From Pristiophorus japonicus (Eukaryota): a stretch of 64,000 bases of DNA. The stretch lies in the NCBI RefSeq assembly GCF_044704955.1, contig NW_027251843.1:372001-436000 (forward strand), in the 5' to 3' direction. This document shows positions 10,785 to 22,814 of this stretch, one piece after another. Each line of letters starts with the position of its first letter. Positions within the stretch are counted from its first letter, which is position 1. Made by a program: the position numbers and the translations under genes. The notes beneath the pieces are model-generated. The model was not told where the DNA came from. It saw only the letters and a list, made by a program, of their open reading frames with translations, and did not search any database.

Positions 10785-13700
10785 CTAAGGTCAGCGCAGC
10801 CTGTGTACCTGTGTTCCCGAGAGTATGATTCCTGGAAGAGACCTTGCGTTACGATGGAGGTGGAGAAAGTGAAAGGGACCTACCTGCTAGATACTGGTGC
10901 TTCCAGCACCCTTGTATATGTAGATAACCCAGCTACCTCACCTCTATCGAACGGGGTCCCGTACAGTCTAGTGGGGTTCACAGGCAATGAGCAAACTGGT
11001 TCGTTTTCCATCCTGCTCACCATTCAGTTAGGGACACTGAAAACCAAATGGAAGTGTGTCCTGATGGAATGGGAGCAGAAGGGAAAAGGGATCCTGGGGG
11101 CTGATTTTATCATTGCCCACCAGATCCTAGTGGATTTCAGGAACCACTGTCTATGGGGAGCCATAGTGACTGACAGGGAAGGTGAGGTGGCGGTGATCCC
11201 AGAAAAAGGGGCCAAGGGAACATTGTGTACCGTGAAGCCAAAGGAGGGTTATGACTTGGAATTACTGGTCAGTAACACCTCAGTGGAGTACCAGGCATAT
11301 GTATGGGCACACCTTGCAGCATTTGCCACCCACAAACATGACTGTGGTAGGGTAACGGGGGGTGGAAGTTAATATAGTAGGGGACCCCATTACCCGACCA
11401 CAAAAGCAATATAACTTCCCCAGGGAGGCAGAGGCAGACCTGACAACGGCGCTGGGATCACTGGTAGAGCAAGGGGTGTTAAGATCGATAGCCACCCATG
11501 TGAACTCTCCACTGTGGCCGGTTAAGAAACCGAACAACTCATAGAGGGCCACCGTGGACTATTGAATACTAAATAAGAATATCCCTGCCTGTGCACCCAC
11601 TGTAGCAGCCGTAGCGGATCTCATAGGGAGTATTCCAGCATCCACGACCACTTTCACGGTGCTGGACATTTCAAATGGGTTCTGGTCCATTCCTTTAAAA
11701 CCTTTAAGGGCCAACAATACACGTGGAACTGTCTTCCCCAAGGCTTCCACAACAGCCCCAGCATTTTTCACCAATGCATGGCGAACTGTTTAAAGGGCTT
11801 TAGCAGACCCCAGCAGTTGGTGCAGTATGTGGATGACCTGCTCCTGTTCACCGATCAGGGGGAGGAGCATGGCCCACTGCTGGCTGAGCTGCTGGAGCTG
11901 CTAAAAGAAGAAGGGTTTAAAGTAAACCCCAAGAAGGCACAGGTCGGCCAGAAGGAAGTCAAATTCCTGGGGCTGACTGTGCGTGCTGGGGAAAGGGCCA
12001 TAGACAAGGCTAGAAGGGAGGCAGTACAGGAGTTACCAGCCCCCAACACAGTGACAGGGGTAAGATCCTTTCTAGGGCTCACTGGGTACTACAGAGACTT
12101 CATTGAGGATTATGCAGCCACTGCAGCCCCTCTGCTCAGGCTCCTACACAAGGGTGTAGAGTGGGACTGGGATGAGGGTTGCGAGGCAGCATTTAATCAG
12201 CTCAAGAAGGACTTGCAGACCGCGCCAGCCTTGGGTACGATAGATGTAGGAAAGGAGTTTTTCCTGGAGGTGGCAGCCAGCGGGGACAATTTGAGCTCAG
12301 TGCTGCTTCAAGAGCAGCACGGCCTTACTGGCCTTAGTGGTTTACTCCTCCAGTATCCCAACAGATGTGGAGAAGTGGTACTCCAACTGTGAGAGACACC
12401 TCCGAGCCACACATTGGGCAGTGAAAAGATCTTTCATCTTCACGGGAGGGTCTCCTCTAACACTCCTAACCCACCACACACCGACTCAGATGCTCCTAGA
12501 TGGGAGGATTAAGGACAGGACGGTGAGCAGTGCCCGCATTGCTCGCTGGACACTGCTCCTCTCCCAGATGGACCTCAGAGTAGAAGGCCCCCGTGATCAA
12601 GGCTCGCAGCCAACCTAATCTATCCTGGGAATGCCCACAGGTGCTCCATAGAAGAGGTATGGGAGGTGAGCATTGGCCTTCAGGCTGGGTTACACCCTAC
12701 AGGCCGGGACATCTACGTGGACGGGTCCAGCACGGTATCTGTTGGCGAATGACTCACTGGGTGCGGAGTCTATGACCCAAGGGCAGATATTGCCCTGGCA
12801 ATCAAGCTGCCCAGCACCATGAGGGCCCAGCACGCTGAACTGTCCGCCGTAATGTACGTGGTGATCCACCCCGAGGAATTCCCTACTCCGTACACGATTT
12901 GCTCGGACAGTATGTTCACCTGCAATTCATGTACGGAGTACCTGGCTCTCTGGTCCCGTCGCGGATACATGTCCGCTGATGGGAGACCCCTGGCAATCAA
13001 GCCCCTGCTGGAGAAAATCTTGACAGCGGTGGGGGAAGAAAGAAAGGTCTACATACATAAGGTGAAGGCCCATTCAAAAACTGAACCCCTAGCAGAGGGA
13101 AACCAACAGGCTGACAAACTGGCCAAAGAAGGTGCCCGCACGGGAAAGTTCTGGGACCCCTATGACACCGGCCGCATAGCAGCGGTCAAGAATAAGAGCA
13201 GGGCAGCGGTGAGTACAGGTATAGCTTTGGCTCCGGACTTAAAAACAGTTCAGGCACAGGACCCAGTCCTGAAAGCTGTCCTGAATGCGCTAGCTAGAGG
13301 AGAGAGAGTAGAAGGTCCGTACGGCACAGCAGCCATTACCGTTAAGGAAGGCATGCTGTTTAAAGAGGGACAATGGGTCGTGCCACAGCAGCACCAGAGG
13401 GAATTCCTAAAACTGGCCCATGAGGGTCCAGGAGCGGGACACCCCGGGCCTGAGACCACCTGGCAACGGGTGGAACAGGCAGGATGGTGGCCGGGACTCA
13501 AGGAGGATGTCCGCGAGTTCTGTGCGAACTGCCTGGTGTGTGCTACGAACAACCCTGACCCCCAGAAAAGGAAGGTGTCCCTAGGACACGTCAGGAGGGT
13601 AGAGGGACCATGGCAGTCAATCCAAATTGACTACATCGGGCCCCTACCCACCGCCCAGGGAGGCTACTAATACTTCCGAGTCCTGATGGACGTGTTCTCA

Positions 13701-14933
13701 AAATGGGTTGAAGCCTTCCCCTGCCGAACAGCCACCGCACGAGGGACAGCTAAGATTCTAGTGAGGGAAGTGTTCTCCCAGTGGGGACTCCCACAGTATG
13801 TGGAGTCGGACCAGGGGAGTTATTTCACCGGGCAGGTAATGCAGGCAACCCTTAAGGTGCTCGGCATTGAGGGGAAATGGCACGTTGCCCACAATCCACA
13901 GTCACCTGGTATTGTGGAGCATTTAAACTGCACCATTAAAGAAAAGCTGCGGAAGGAAACGAGAGACTCACCCCAAAAGTGGGTGGAGGTCTTACCGTTG
14001 GTCCTAATGGGGATCCGAGCCCAGCCAGTCAAAGAGCATCGGATATTCCCCATACGAGCTCATGACTGGCCGGATCATGCGGAACCCCACCCATATCCGA
14101 ACCCCGGTGCTCACAGAAGGTCAGCTCAGAGAGGTGAACCGGGACCGGTTTGTCAGGAACCTGTTTGAACACCTCAAACAGATTCACTGGCAGGCTGCTA
14201 GTAACATGGGCAGACAGCATCAGGGGAACCGATTGCTGCTAGAACCCAGCAAACACCACGAATGGGAGATAGGGGACCAGGTCATGGTGAGGAACTATGC
14301 TCAGGTCGGTGTTTTTGAAGCATTATATATGGGGCCATACAGCATTGTGGACAAGGCAAGCCCGATGGTCTGTGCCATAAAGCTGCCCCACCGTACTAAG
14401 TGGTTCCACATCAACCAGTGCAAGCTTTACAACCCAGGGTCAGCCAAGCACAGAGGGCAGCCGGGAGGGGTGAACCGTCCTCAGGACAGGGACCCTCCGT
14501 TGGCCGCCCCCGACGGTGGAGGGCCACAGGGAATGTGGCAGGCTCAGAAACCGTGCCTATAGTGGCGGTGAATTGCAGTACTGGAGGGGCTATCCCACCC
14601 ATCGTTTGGGATTCGGACGCACCCCCAGTAACCCAAGCCCTGAGAAGGACCCTCCGTACACCACGGCCAAAGATACTGTGGTCACTGGCATCTGAGCCTC
14701 AGCGATTCTACCCTAGGAGAAGGGCAGCCCGACAGGAAAGGCCGAAGGTCAGAAGTACAGAGGCCGCTCAGAGTAGGGACCACCAGCCAGCCGCCTCCAG
14801 CGGTGAGGGTCTCACAGGAGCAGTAGCAATGAGCTGTCCCAGAGACAAGGGTCTCCAGCTCACCAGCTGCGGGGAAACCCTAGCATCCAGGCCGCTATCA
14901 GGCCGCACAAGGCATGGGCCTGACAGGAACTAA
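10785..14933 (+). pseudogene. pol: pol: protease, RT, degenerate RNase H tether, second RNase H, integrase with GPY/F and basic tail; several stops and frameshifts
   Basis: LLDTGAS, QYVDD, RSFLGLTGYYR, IYVDGS...AQHAEL...ICSDS...KVKAH...GNQQADKLA, HHCC (H..GH...CANCLVC), IDYIG/SDQG/VEHLN, MGPY. Confidence 0.9.
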
Positions 14934-15484
14934 CCAGGCCACCCGGAGACGGGTGGCGGTTGTACATAGCTCTAATTTTAGTTTAAGGCAGCTGACTGCA
15001 CCATTTTACATTTTAAGGTTTCGTTTAGAATTGAGGTTAATGTTGCAGTAATGTTGAGGTGATTATTTTGAGTTTGTCTTGTGTGTCAGCCAGCCTGAGA
15101 GCAGTTCTCAAGGGCAGGATCCAGACATTACCGGGTAATGGACAAACCTCAGGAGACCAATTGATGTTGTTTAATTTTAATCTATGTTTTTTTCCCTTCT
15201 GTAATGTGGTTGTACGTTGCCTATATGCTGGTGAATATAATGTAACTGAAATGAAATGTAACTGTGCTGAAATACAATTGTAGTGATTGAACCCCCTCCA
15301 AGCTGGGAGGGTATAAATGTAAAAAGTTTGTACCTGTAAAGGGAAAAGTGTGCATCTATGGTGATGTTACATAAGTGTAATGCATTTTGGGTATTAGTTT
15401 AGCTAATTTACGGGGAAGGTTATCTCTTGGGAGTCAGGAACTTTGCTCACCTCGAAGATGATACCATAAGTGATATGGTATCAC

Positions 15485-15492
15485 AGGGGGAA
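15485..15492 (+). promoter_or_regulatory. Polypurine tract
   Basis: AGGGGGAA directly before the 3' LTR. Confidence 0.75.
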
Positions 15493-17084
15493 TGTAGAAT
15501 TTACCAATATCTCGCAAAGATTCCAGGTACCTTTCCCCTACAGAGGAGAAGAATCCCTTTCTGGGCTTTTAAAATGAGTTTAAAGGGGCAGACGAAGCCT
15601 GCGGGGGATAAAAGGGGATTCATTCATGGAGACCCCCCCCCCCCCCCAGTGTTTAGACTCATAGGAAAGGGAATTCAAAATGGACCTAAATTACAGAAGC
15701 TTGAGATACCCTAAACATCTATGGGAAGGAGCATATCGATTTTAAGATTCTACAATATTTTGGCTGCGAAAAAGAGTTACCAAATACAGGAGGTGGGGCC
15801 AACGTCTGAAGCAAATTCGTGTATTAAGGACCCCAGGCTATTCACCCCCTAAGAGATAATCGAATTACCCAATCAAGCACAATGGAAATCATGGTCAGAA
15901 AAACTGGACAATCCTAAAACAATGCAAAACCAGTGATAGCACATTCTCACACCCTAATCGAGTTACTGCTGACAAAGGAGATATTTGAAAATCAATGGAC
16001 AGAACAGTTTAAACAGAGCCCAAGAGATTTGATGGGAGATAACGGAGCCTTTTTTTGGGATATATCTATCCCCCAGTTTTACAAGGAAAGCTAGCAGAAC
16101 ACAGAAGTAGCAGAACACAGGACTAGCAGAACACAGACTCGAAAGGAACACAGACTCGAAATGAACACAGACTCGAACAGGACACAGACTCGAACAGGAC
16201 ACAGACTCGAACAGGACACAGACTCGAAATGAACACAGACAGACACAAGCAGCCGGAGTGAAGAAATGGAGTCGTGAAGCAACCTACAAGAAATCGTCAA
16301 GGACCGACTGAGCACGAGGCCCACGAAATGGAAGGTTGTCAGCAACCAAATTGACAAACCCGGGCCACCACAACCAGCAAAACGACCAACCAAAACCAAC
16401 TCGGCAAAAACCGAAGAATCAACATTTATCTCCACTCTACAATCTACTTCTGAACAGCCAACGGGTGAGAAATTACCTAAAAGGACTAACTAAAACCAAA
16501 GAAAGTGGCTACTTATCCCATACATCCGAAACGCAAATTACCGCATCAACGGACGCACCCCAACTGAAGACTACGCAGTCCGAAGTCCTCTCCTCCGTCC
16601 GGGGTACAGCTCACCTAGGAGGCCAAGTGCAGCAAACCCCGAAACCACGATTCACCGGCAACTGTCTAAAGGGATTGGTGAGCATGGCCCCTGAACCCTC
16701 AGAGCTATAACTTAGTTAGTTAGGGGAATTGGGAGGGGGGAGGCTGGGATAACTTGTGTAAATGTATCTGCATTCTCCTCTTTACCCCATTTAGAGTTTA
16801 AGCTGTATTCTTTTCCCCACAGGCTGTAATTTGACATTTTATTCAATGTGTTGTACCCTTCAGTGTGTATTGATCTGTGTGTGTGTTATTAAAGGTGTGC
16901 CTTTTACTTCTTTTTAAACACAATAAAGCCATACCTGCTTCCTACCTTGAAACCGATTGTCTGTCCAAGTCTGTCACAGTCCCTTCATAATTCCAGTGTC
17001 TAGAACCAAGGGTGTGGGAGCGATTCGGGACCACTCATATAAGGTCAGAAGGGAAAGCTGACCCTTTGCAAATCACCCCTTACA
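15493..17084 (+). repeat. 3' LTR (1592 bp)
   Basis: Repeat of 7417-8950 with extra copies of the internal ~20-bp unit. AATAAA at 16922-16927. Confidence 0.95.
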
Positions 17085-17440
17085 AATTGTAGCCTCACCC
17101 TTGACCTCACCCCGGTGCTGGGCAGCAAGCTTTTAAATGCAATCTAGAAGCTTCTACACCGACACCCAACATGAAGCCTTGCTGAAGTATGTTTATATAA
17201 GTGTGCCGCAATGTTCCCGGATAAAGTTCTCCCGATCTGTGTGTGATCTGAGCTTTCTCACTGCTGAGCCTGTTTCCCCTGTATCCACCCATCTACAGTT
17301 CGAGCTTCCTGCCAGTGAACAGCGTCTTAACGGGACACTCAGTCTTTACGAACTCTTACTGTTAACCATTTCAGTGCTGAATGTGCGGCAATCCTGCACT
17401 GCAGATGTTTATACAACAGTCCAATATGATTTTCAGTATC

Positions 17441-17860
17441 AGCCGTGGCTCAGTGCGTTGCACTCTCGCCTTTGAGTCAGAAGGTTGTGGGGTTAATTCC
17501 CAGTCCAGCAACTTGGGCATAAAAATCTAGGCTGACACTCCAGTGCAATGCTGAGGGAGCACTGCATTGTCGGAGGTGCCGTCTTTCAGATGAGACATTA
17601 AACTGAGTCCCCGTCTGCCCTCTCAGGTGGATGTAAAAGATCCCATGCCACTATTTTGAAGAAGAGCAGGGGAGTTCTCCCCAGTCTCCTGGTCAATATT
17701 TATCCTTCAACCAACATGACAAAAGAACAGATTATCAGGTTGTTATCACATCGCTGTTTGTGGGAGCTTGCTGTGCACATTTTGGCTGCCGTGTTTCCAA
17801 CATTACAACAGTGACTACACTCCCAAAGTACTTCATTGTGTGTAAAGTGTTTTGATTTGT
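17441..17860 (+). mobile_element. tRNA-derived Deu-domain SINE (SacSINE1-like)
   Basis: tRNA-like head (agccgtggctcagtg...gagtcagaaggttgtgggg) and conserved core ctgagggagcactgcattgtcggaggtgccgtctttcagatgag. Confidence 0.7.
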
Positions 17861-18007
17861 CACCCTTAACATCAAACGCATTTATATTTAGACTAAACTT
17901 GTCAAGCCAAGCGAAGAAGATTAAGAATTAGTGTTGCTCACCTCTAATGGTTAATCACCAGACAGGAGTTCATTTACCCAGCTCTCCGTTATCAGATGTA
18001 AATTATC

Positions 18008-18027
18008 CACACACACACACACACACA
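18008..18027. repeat. (CA)n microsatellite upstream of the C-exon acceptor
   Basis: Direct inspection. Confidence 0.9.
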
Positions 18028-18069
18028 GACTAATATACACCTGTTAAACATCCTTCTCCTCCCTTTCAG

Positions 18070-18398
18070 GCCGAGGGAAGACACCACCCACGCTGACCCT
18101 GCTGCCCCCCTCCCCGGAGGAGGTCACGACCAAGGGCACTGCCACCCTGGTGTGCCTCGCCGATCACTTCTACCCCGATGCGGTGGAGGTGGAGTGGAAG
18201 AAGAACGTGGCGACCATTTCGGCCGGGGTCCAGACCAGCGACTACCTGCGAGCTTCGGACAACACCTACAGTGTCAGCAGCCTGCTGACCCTCTCTGGCT
18301 CCGACTGGGAGTCCAACGCCAGCTTCTCCTGCAGCCTCACCCACGAGAGCCTCTCCTCTCCCCTCAGCAAGGGAGTCAGGAGAGCAGAATGTGCGTAG
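18070..18398 (+). CDS. IGKC: Immunoglobulin light-chain constant exon, shark kappa-type (type III/NS4-like)
   Basis: Polypyrimidine tract and AG (ccttctcctccctttcag|G), phase 1. Translation (x)RGKTPPTLTLLPPSPEEVTTKGTATLVCLADHFYPDAVEVEWKK...YSVSSLLTLSGSDWESNASFSCSLTHESLSSPLSKGVRRAECA* has both C1-set cysteines, the core Trp, the FxCxxxH motif and the penultimate inter-chain Cys. The isotype call is from recalled similarity to horn and nurse shark kappa. Confidence 0.93.
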
Positions 18399-18557
18399 TG
18401 TGTCAGGGACAGTCCGCGGGGGAGACGCAACTTTAAATAGAACAGGGGGTGAGCCGGGAGGGCAAAGGTCATTGTCAGCACTGCATTTCTACTCTCTTCC
18501 TTCTCGGTACTGGGTCAGGGAAAGCATCTGAGGGTCAGGGGGTAAAGCACGTTATTG

Positions 18558-18770
18558 GGGCAGTGTCGAGGGAGCTTTACTCTGTATCTAACCCGTGCTG
18601 TACCTGCCCTGGGAGGGTTTGATGGGACAGTGTCGAGGGAGGTTTACTCTGTATCTAACCCATGTTGTACCTGCCCTGGGAGGGTTTGATGGGACAGTGT
18701 AGAGGGAGTTTTACTCTGTATCTAACCCATGCTGTACCTGCCCTGGGAGGGTTTGATGGGACAGTGTTGA
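18558..18770. repeat. ~65-bp minisatellite (about 3 copies) in the C-gene 3' UTR
   Basis: Unit cagtgtcgagggagctttactctgtatctaacccgtgctgtacctgccctgggagggtttgatggga. Confidence 0.85.
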
Positions 18771-19057
18771 CTCGTGCTGCCAAGTAAAACCTCTCGAAGG
18801 TGCTGAGGACTGTCAACAGAGTAAAACTAATGTTAAGCTGCGAAGTGCCGCTTCAGTAAGCAGACCTCCTCCCTGCTCACCCTGCTGTTACAATTCAAGG
18901 TTTTGTCCCCGTTTAAAGGGACAGGATTCTCATAGTGTGGAGAAAATCCCCACAACTGTTTTAAAAAAGCTGCATTCTCCCTGTGAATGTCCCCAGCTCG
19001 CTCTCGCTGGGCTGTTTATTCAAGTTTTGTTTCTGTAAATGTGAATCTGTAAAAGAC

Positions 19058-19063
19058 AATAAA
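19058..19063 (+). terminator. Polyadenylation signal of the light-chain transcript
   Basis: First AATAAA I found after the stop, ~660 nt downstream, followed by GT-rich sequence (ctgtgtctgg...gtgtttt). Confidence 0.7.
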
Positions 19064-19570
19064 CGTTAAGAATATTCAGTCTGTGTCTGGCAAGTGTTTT
19101 GGAAATGTCCCACCTCCCCCTCAGCTGGATTTGCTGCATTTCAGTAAGTGTCTGTCCTGATTGGCTGGGTGGGCTGTCAATCAATGGCACATCAGCAGGA
19201 GATTTGATTCAAAGCCAATTATCAATCATTTTAAAACGATCAATTTGACCTCGAACCCCTGGAATGCACAAGATTAAACACAGAGACTCTAAAAGCTGCT
19301 GGGATTAAACCCTCCCAGTCTGAGCATTGGTTCTCACTCTGCACACTGTGGGAGTTGGGGCAGCCCCCGATGGTGGGATCGCACTGTGCACTCTGTGCTG
19401 ACTGCTGGGGGCAAATTGGGAGCAGGTGGCCCCAGTCACAACGTTGCATTCTCTCTCCTTAACGTGTGGCACGTGGCAGCAGCACAAAACTGTACCGAGT
19501 GAGGCCTCAGCTTCGGGAGAGGAGCAGTCAGTGTATCACCATGTACATGTCCCTGAGTATTAGTGTGGCT

Positions 19571-19716
19571 NNNNNNNNNNNNNNNNNNNNNNNNNNNNNN
19601 NNNNNNNNNNNNNNNNNNNNNNNNNNNNNNNNNNNNNNNNNNNNNNNNNNNNNNNNNNNNNNNNNNNNNNNNNNNNNNNNNNNNNNNNNNNNNNNNNNNN
19701 NNNNNNNNNNNNNNNN
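19571..19716. other. Assembly gap (146 N)
   Basis: Run of N. Confidence 1.
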
Positions 19717-19729
19717 GTAGATGTGTGTG

Positions 19730-20385
19730 TGCCACTTTCCAACATTATACTCCATCTGCCAACTTTTTTCCCACTCACTTTGCCTGTCTATATACATTTG
19801 CAGATTTTTTGTGCCCTCCTCACAACTTGCTTTCCCACCCATCTATGTATCGTCAGCAAACTTGGCTACATTGCACTCGATCCCTTCATCTACGTTATTA
19901 ATGTAGATTGTAAATAATTGAGGACCCAGCACCGATCCTGCGGTAACCTACTAGTTACTGTTGGCCAACCGGAAAATGACCCATTTATCCTGAGTCTCTG
20001 TTTTCTGTGAGTTAGCCAATCCTCTATCCATGCGAATATATTACCCCCAACCCCTTGAACTTTTATCTTGTGCCTTTTATCTTTTAAGGGGGCTGCACCT
20101 TATCGAATACCTTCTGGAAATCCAAATACACCACATCCACTGGTTCCCATTTATCCACCCTGCTTGTTCCATCCTCAAGAATTCCAGCAAATTTGTCAAA
20201 CATGATTTCCCTTTCATAAAACCATGCTGACTCTGCTTGATTGAACTATGCTTTTCCAAATATCCTGCTACTGCTTCCTTAATAATGGACTCCAACATTT
20301 TCCCAATGACAGATGTTAGGCTAACTGGTCTATAGTTTCCTGCTTTCTGCCTGCCTCCTTTTTTAAATAGGGGCGTTACATTTGC
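19730..20385 (-). mobile_element. CR1 ORF2 RT fragment
   Basis: QHGFMKGKSCLTNLLEF and KFADD-region similarity to 2871-3689. Confidence 0.85.
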
Positions 20386-20451
20386 TGTGCGTACTTTGGA
20401 GAGGGCGTTAAAAGGAGCGGTGACATCCAGAATACCAGATTTTGCCTCAAT

Positions 20452-20850
20452 TCAACAACAACAACTTGTATTTATATAGCGCCTTTAACATAGTGAAACG
20501 TCCCAAGGCACTTCCCAGGAGTATTATGAGATACAAAATTTGACACCGAGTCACATAAGAAGAAATTAGTGTAGGTGACCAAGGAGGTATGTTTTAAGGA
20601 GCGTCTTGAAGGAGGAAAGAGAGGTAGAGAGGCGGAGAGGTTTAGGGAGGGAGTTCCAGAGCTTGGGGTCTTGGCAACAGAAGGCACGGCCACCAATGTT
20701 TGAGTGATCATAATCCGGGATGCTCAGGAGGGCAGAATTAGAGGAGTGCAGACATCTCGGGGGGTTGTGGGGCTGGAGGAGATTACAGGGAAAGGGAGGG
20801 GCGAGGTCATGGATGGATTTGAAAATAAGGATGAGAATTTTAAAAATCGA
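20452..20850 (-). mobile_element. L2-type LINE 3' end
   Basis: FKILILIFKSIHDLAP...GGRAF...PKLWNSLP...FKTLLKT, with a (TTG)n tail on the minus strand. Confidence 0.75.
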
Positions 20851-20914
20851 CCCCCCACGAGCCATTCTCCCCTCCCCCCAGGACTAGGCTCCCATCTCCC
20901 CCCGCCCCCCCGCC

Positions 20915-21302
20915 ATCGGCCCCTCGAGCCTGCTCCGCCATTCAATGAGATCATGGCTAATCTTCTACCTCAACTCCACTTTCCTGCACTGTCCCCATAT
21001 CCCTTGATTCCCTTAATATCCGAAAATCTATTGATATCCGTCTTGAATATACTCAAACACTGAGCATCCTCAGCCCTCTGGGGCAGAGAATTCCAGAGAT
21101 TCACCACCCTCTGAGTGAAGAGTTTTCTCCTCATCTCAGTCCTAAATGGCCGACCCATTATTCTGAGACTGTGATTCCTGGTTCTAGACTCCCCAGCCAC
21201 AGGAAACATCCTCCCTGCATCTACCCTGTCAAGCCCTGTCAGAACTTTGTATGTTTCAATGAGATCACCTCTTATTCTTCTCAACTCTAGAGAGTATAGG
21301 CC
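20915..21302 (-). mobile_element. CR1 3' end
   Basis: RRIRGDLIETYK...RTEMRRKLFTQRVVNLWNSLP. Confidence 0.85.
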
Positions 21303-21597
21303 TTGAAACTTGCGGAACCAAGGCGGGTAGATGGGGTTCAGATACAGATGAGCTGTGATCTGATTGAATGGCGGAACAGGCTCGAGGGGCTGAATGGCCT
21401 CCTCCTGTTCATTGTGTCCAGCAGCAGCTGTGTACCTCTCCGCAACCTCATCTTGACTTTTATCAGTCGCATCAGAGCCTTGATTCCCTCACCAGGAGGC
21501 TGGTGTTTCCAGATCAATGTCCAGCAGATCGATGCCATGAGTCAGACTCAGTGAGTGCTGTCAGCGGGTGGAAAGGCTGCTCTAACTGCAGCCTTGT

Positions 21598-22380
21598 TCT
21601 AATGCATTTGGGGAGGGGCAACAAGGCAAGGGAATACACAATAAATGTGAGGGTACTGAGAGGGGTGGAGGAACGGCGGGACCTTGGAGTGCAGGTCCAC
21701 AGATCCCTGAAGGTAGCAGGCCAGGTCGATAAGGTGGTTAAAAAGGCATACGGAATACTTGCCTTTATTAGCCGAGGCACAGAATACAAGAGCAGGGAGG
21801 TTATGCTTGAACTGTAGAAATTACTAGTTTGACCACAGCTGGTGTACTGCGTGCAGTCCTGGTCACCACATCACAGGAAAGATGTGATTGCACGAGAGAC
21901 GGTACAGAGGAGATTCACGAGGATGTTATCAGGACTGGAGAATTTTAGCTTTGAGGAAAGATTGGATCTGCTGGGCGTGTTTTCCGTGGAGGCTGAGGGG
22001 AGACCTTATTGAGGTATATAAATTTATGAGGGGTCTAGATAGAGTGGATAGAATGGACCCATTTCCCTTCGCAGAGGGGTCAACAACCAGGGGGCATAGA
22101 ATTAAAGTAATTGGTGGAAGGGTTAGAGGAAGATGAGGAAACAATTCTTCACCCAGAGGGTGATGGGGGTCTGGAACTCACTGCCTGAAAGGGAGTAGAG
22201 GCAGAAACCCTCACCACATTTACAAAGAACTTGGATGTGCTCTTAAAGTGCTGTAACCCACAGGGCTACGGACCCAGAGCTGGAAAGTGGGATTCGGCTG
22301 GGTAGCTCTTTGTTGGCCGGCACAGACACGATGGACCAAAATGGCCTCCTTCCGTGCTGTAATTTTCTGTGATTCTATGA
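21598..22380 (+). mobile_element. 5'-truncated CR1 3' end
   Basis: ERRDLGVQVHRSLK, RLRGDLIEVYK; ends in a TTCTGTGATTCTATGA tail. Confidence 0.85.
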
Positions 22381-22814
22381 TCGTGCTGGTGGTGTTGACC
22401 ACTTTAAAAGTCGCAGCATACATTTTATTGAAGCTATTTCCATCCCTGGTTTCCCCGCTGCCAATAATTGGATCAATCGATGATGTAGCTCCCCCTTGTG
22501 GTACATCTATATGGGCTCCACCCAAACCCTTGCTTTCAATCCTTGAACCCACATTGCCTACGCTAGCTGGAGCCCCGCTCCTTAATCACAGCATCTCACA
22601 GCACAGAGGGAGGCCACTTGGCCCACCAAACCTGTGCTGGCTCTTTGAAAGTCTGGACTACTATAGCCTGGACTAATAATACAGAGACACGAGTTCAAAT
22701 CCCACTACGGCAGCTGGGGAATTTAAATTCAATTAATTAAATAAATCTGGAATAAAAAGCTAGTGTCAGTAATGGTGACCATGAAACTGCCGGATTGTCG
22801 TAAAAACCCATCTA

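Larger units (their letters stand above)
7417..17084 (+). mobile_element. Full-length, degenerate LTR retroelement with retrovirus-like dual RNase H, no env (lokiretrovirus/Odin-like candidate)
   Basis: TGTA...TACA LTRs, 4-bp TSD AATT (7413-7416 / 17085-17088), PBS, PPT, and gene order gag-PR-RT-tether-RH-IN. Confidence 0.93.

Noticed and set aside
14400-15480. Possible env or accessory gene after integrase
   Set aside because: The 177-aa ORF is Arg/Pro-rich with an RRTLRTPRP motif typical of integrase tails. No signal peptide, fusion or TM pattern, and the rest is AT-rich non-coding DNA.
19323-19388. Two CACTGTG heptamers 3' of C in the orientation of a kappa-deleting-element RSS
   Set aside because: No acceptable nonamer at 12 or 23 bp (best 5/9, lacking the A-tract), so consistent with chance.
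19436-19901. ORFs containing X runs
   Set aside because: Artefacts of translating across the N gap.
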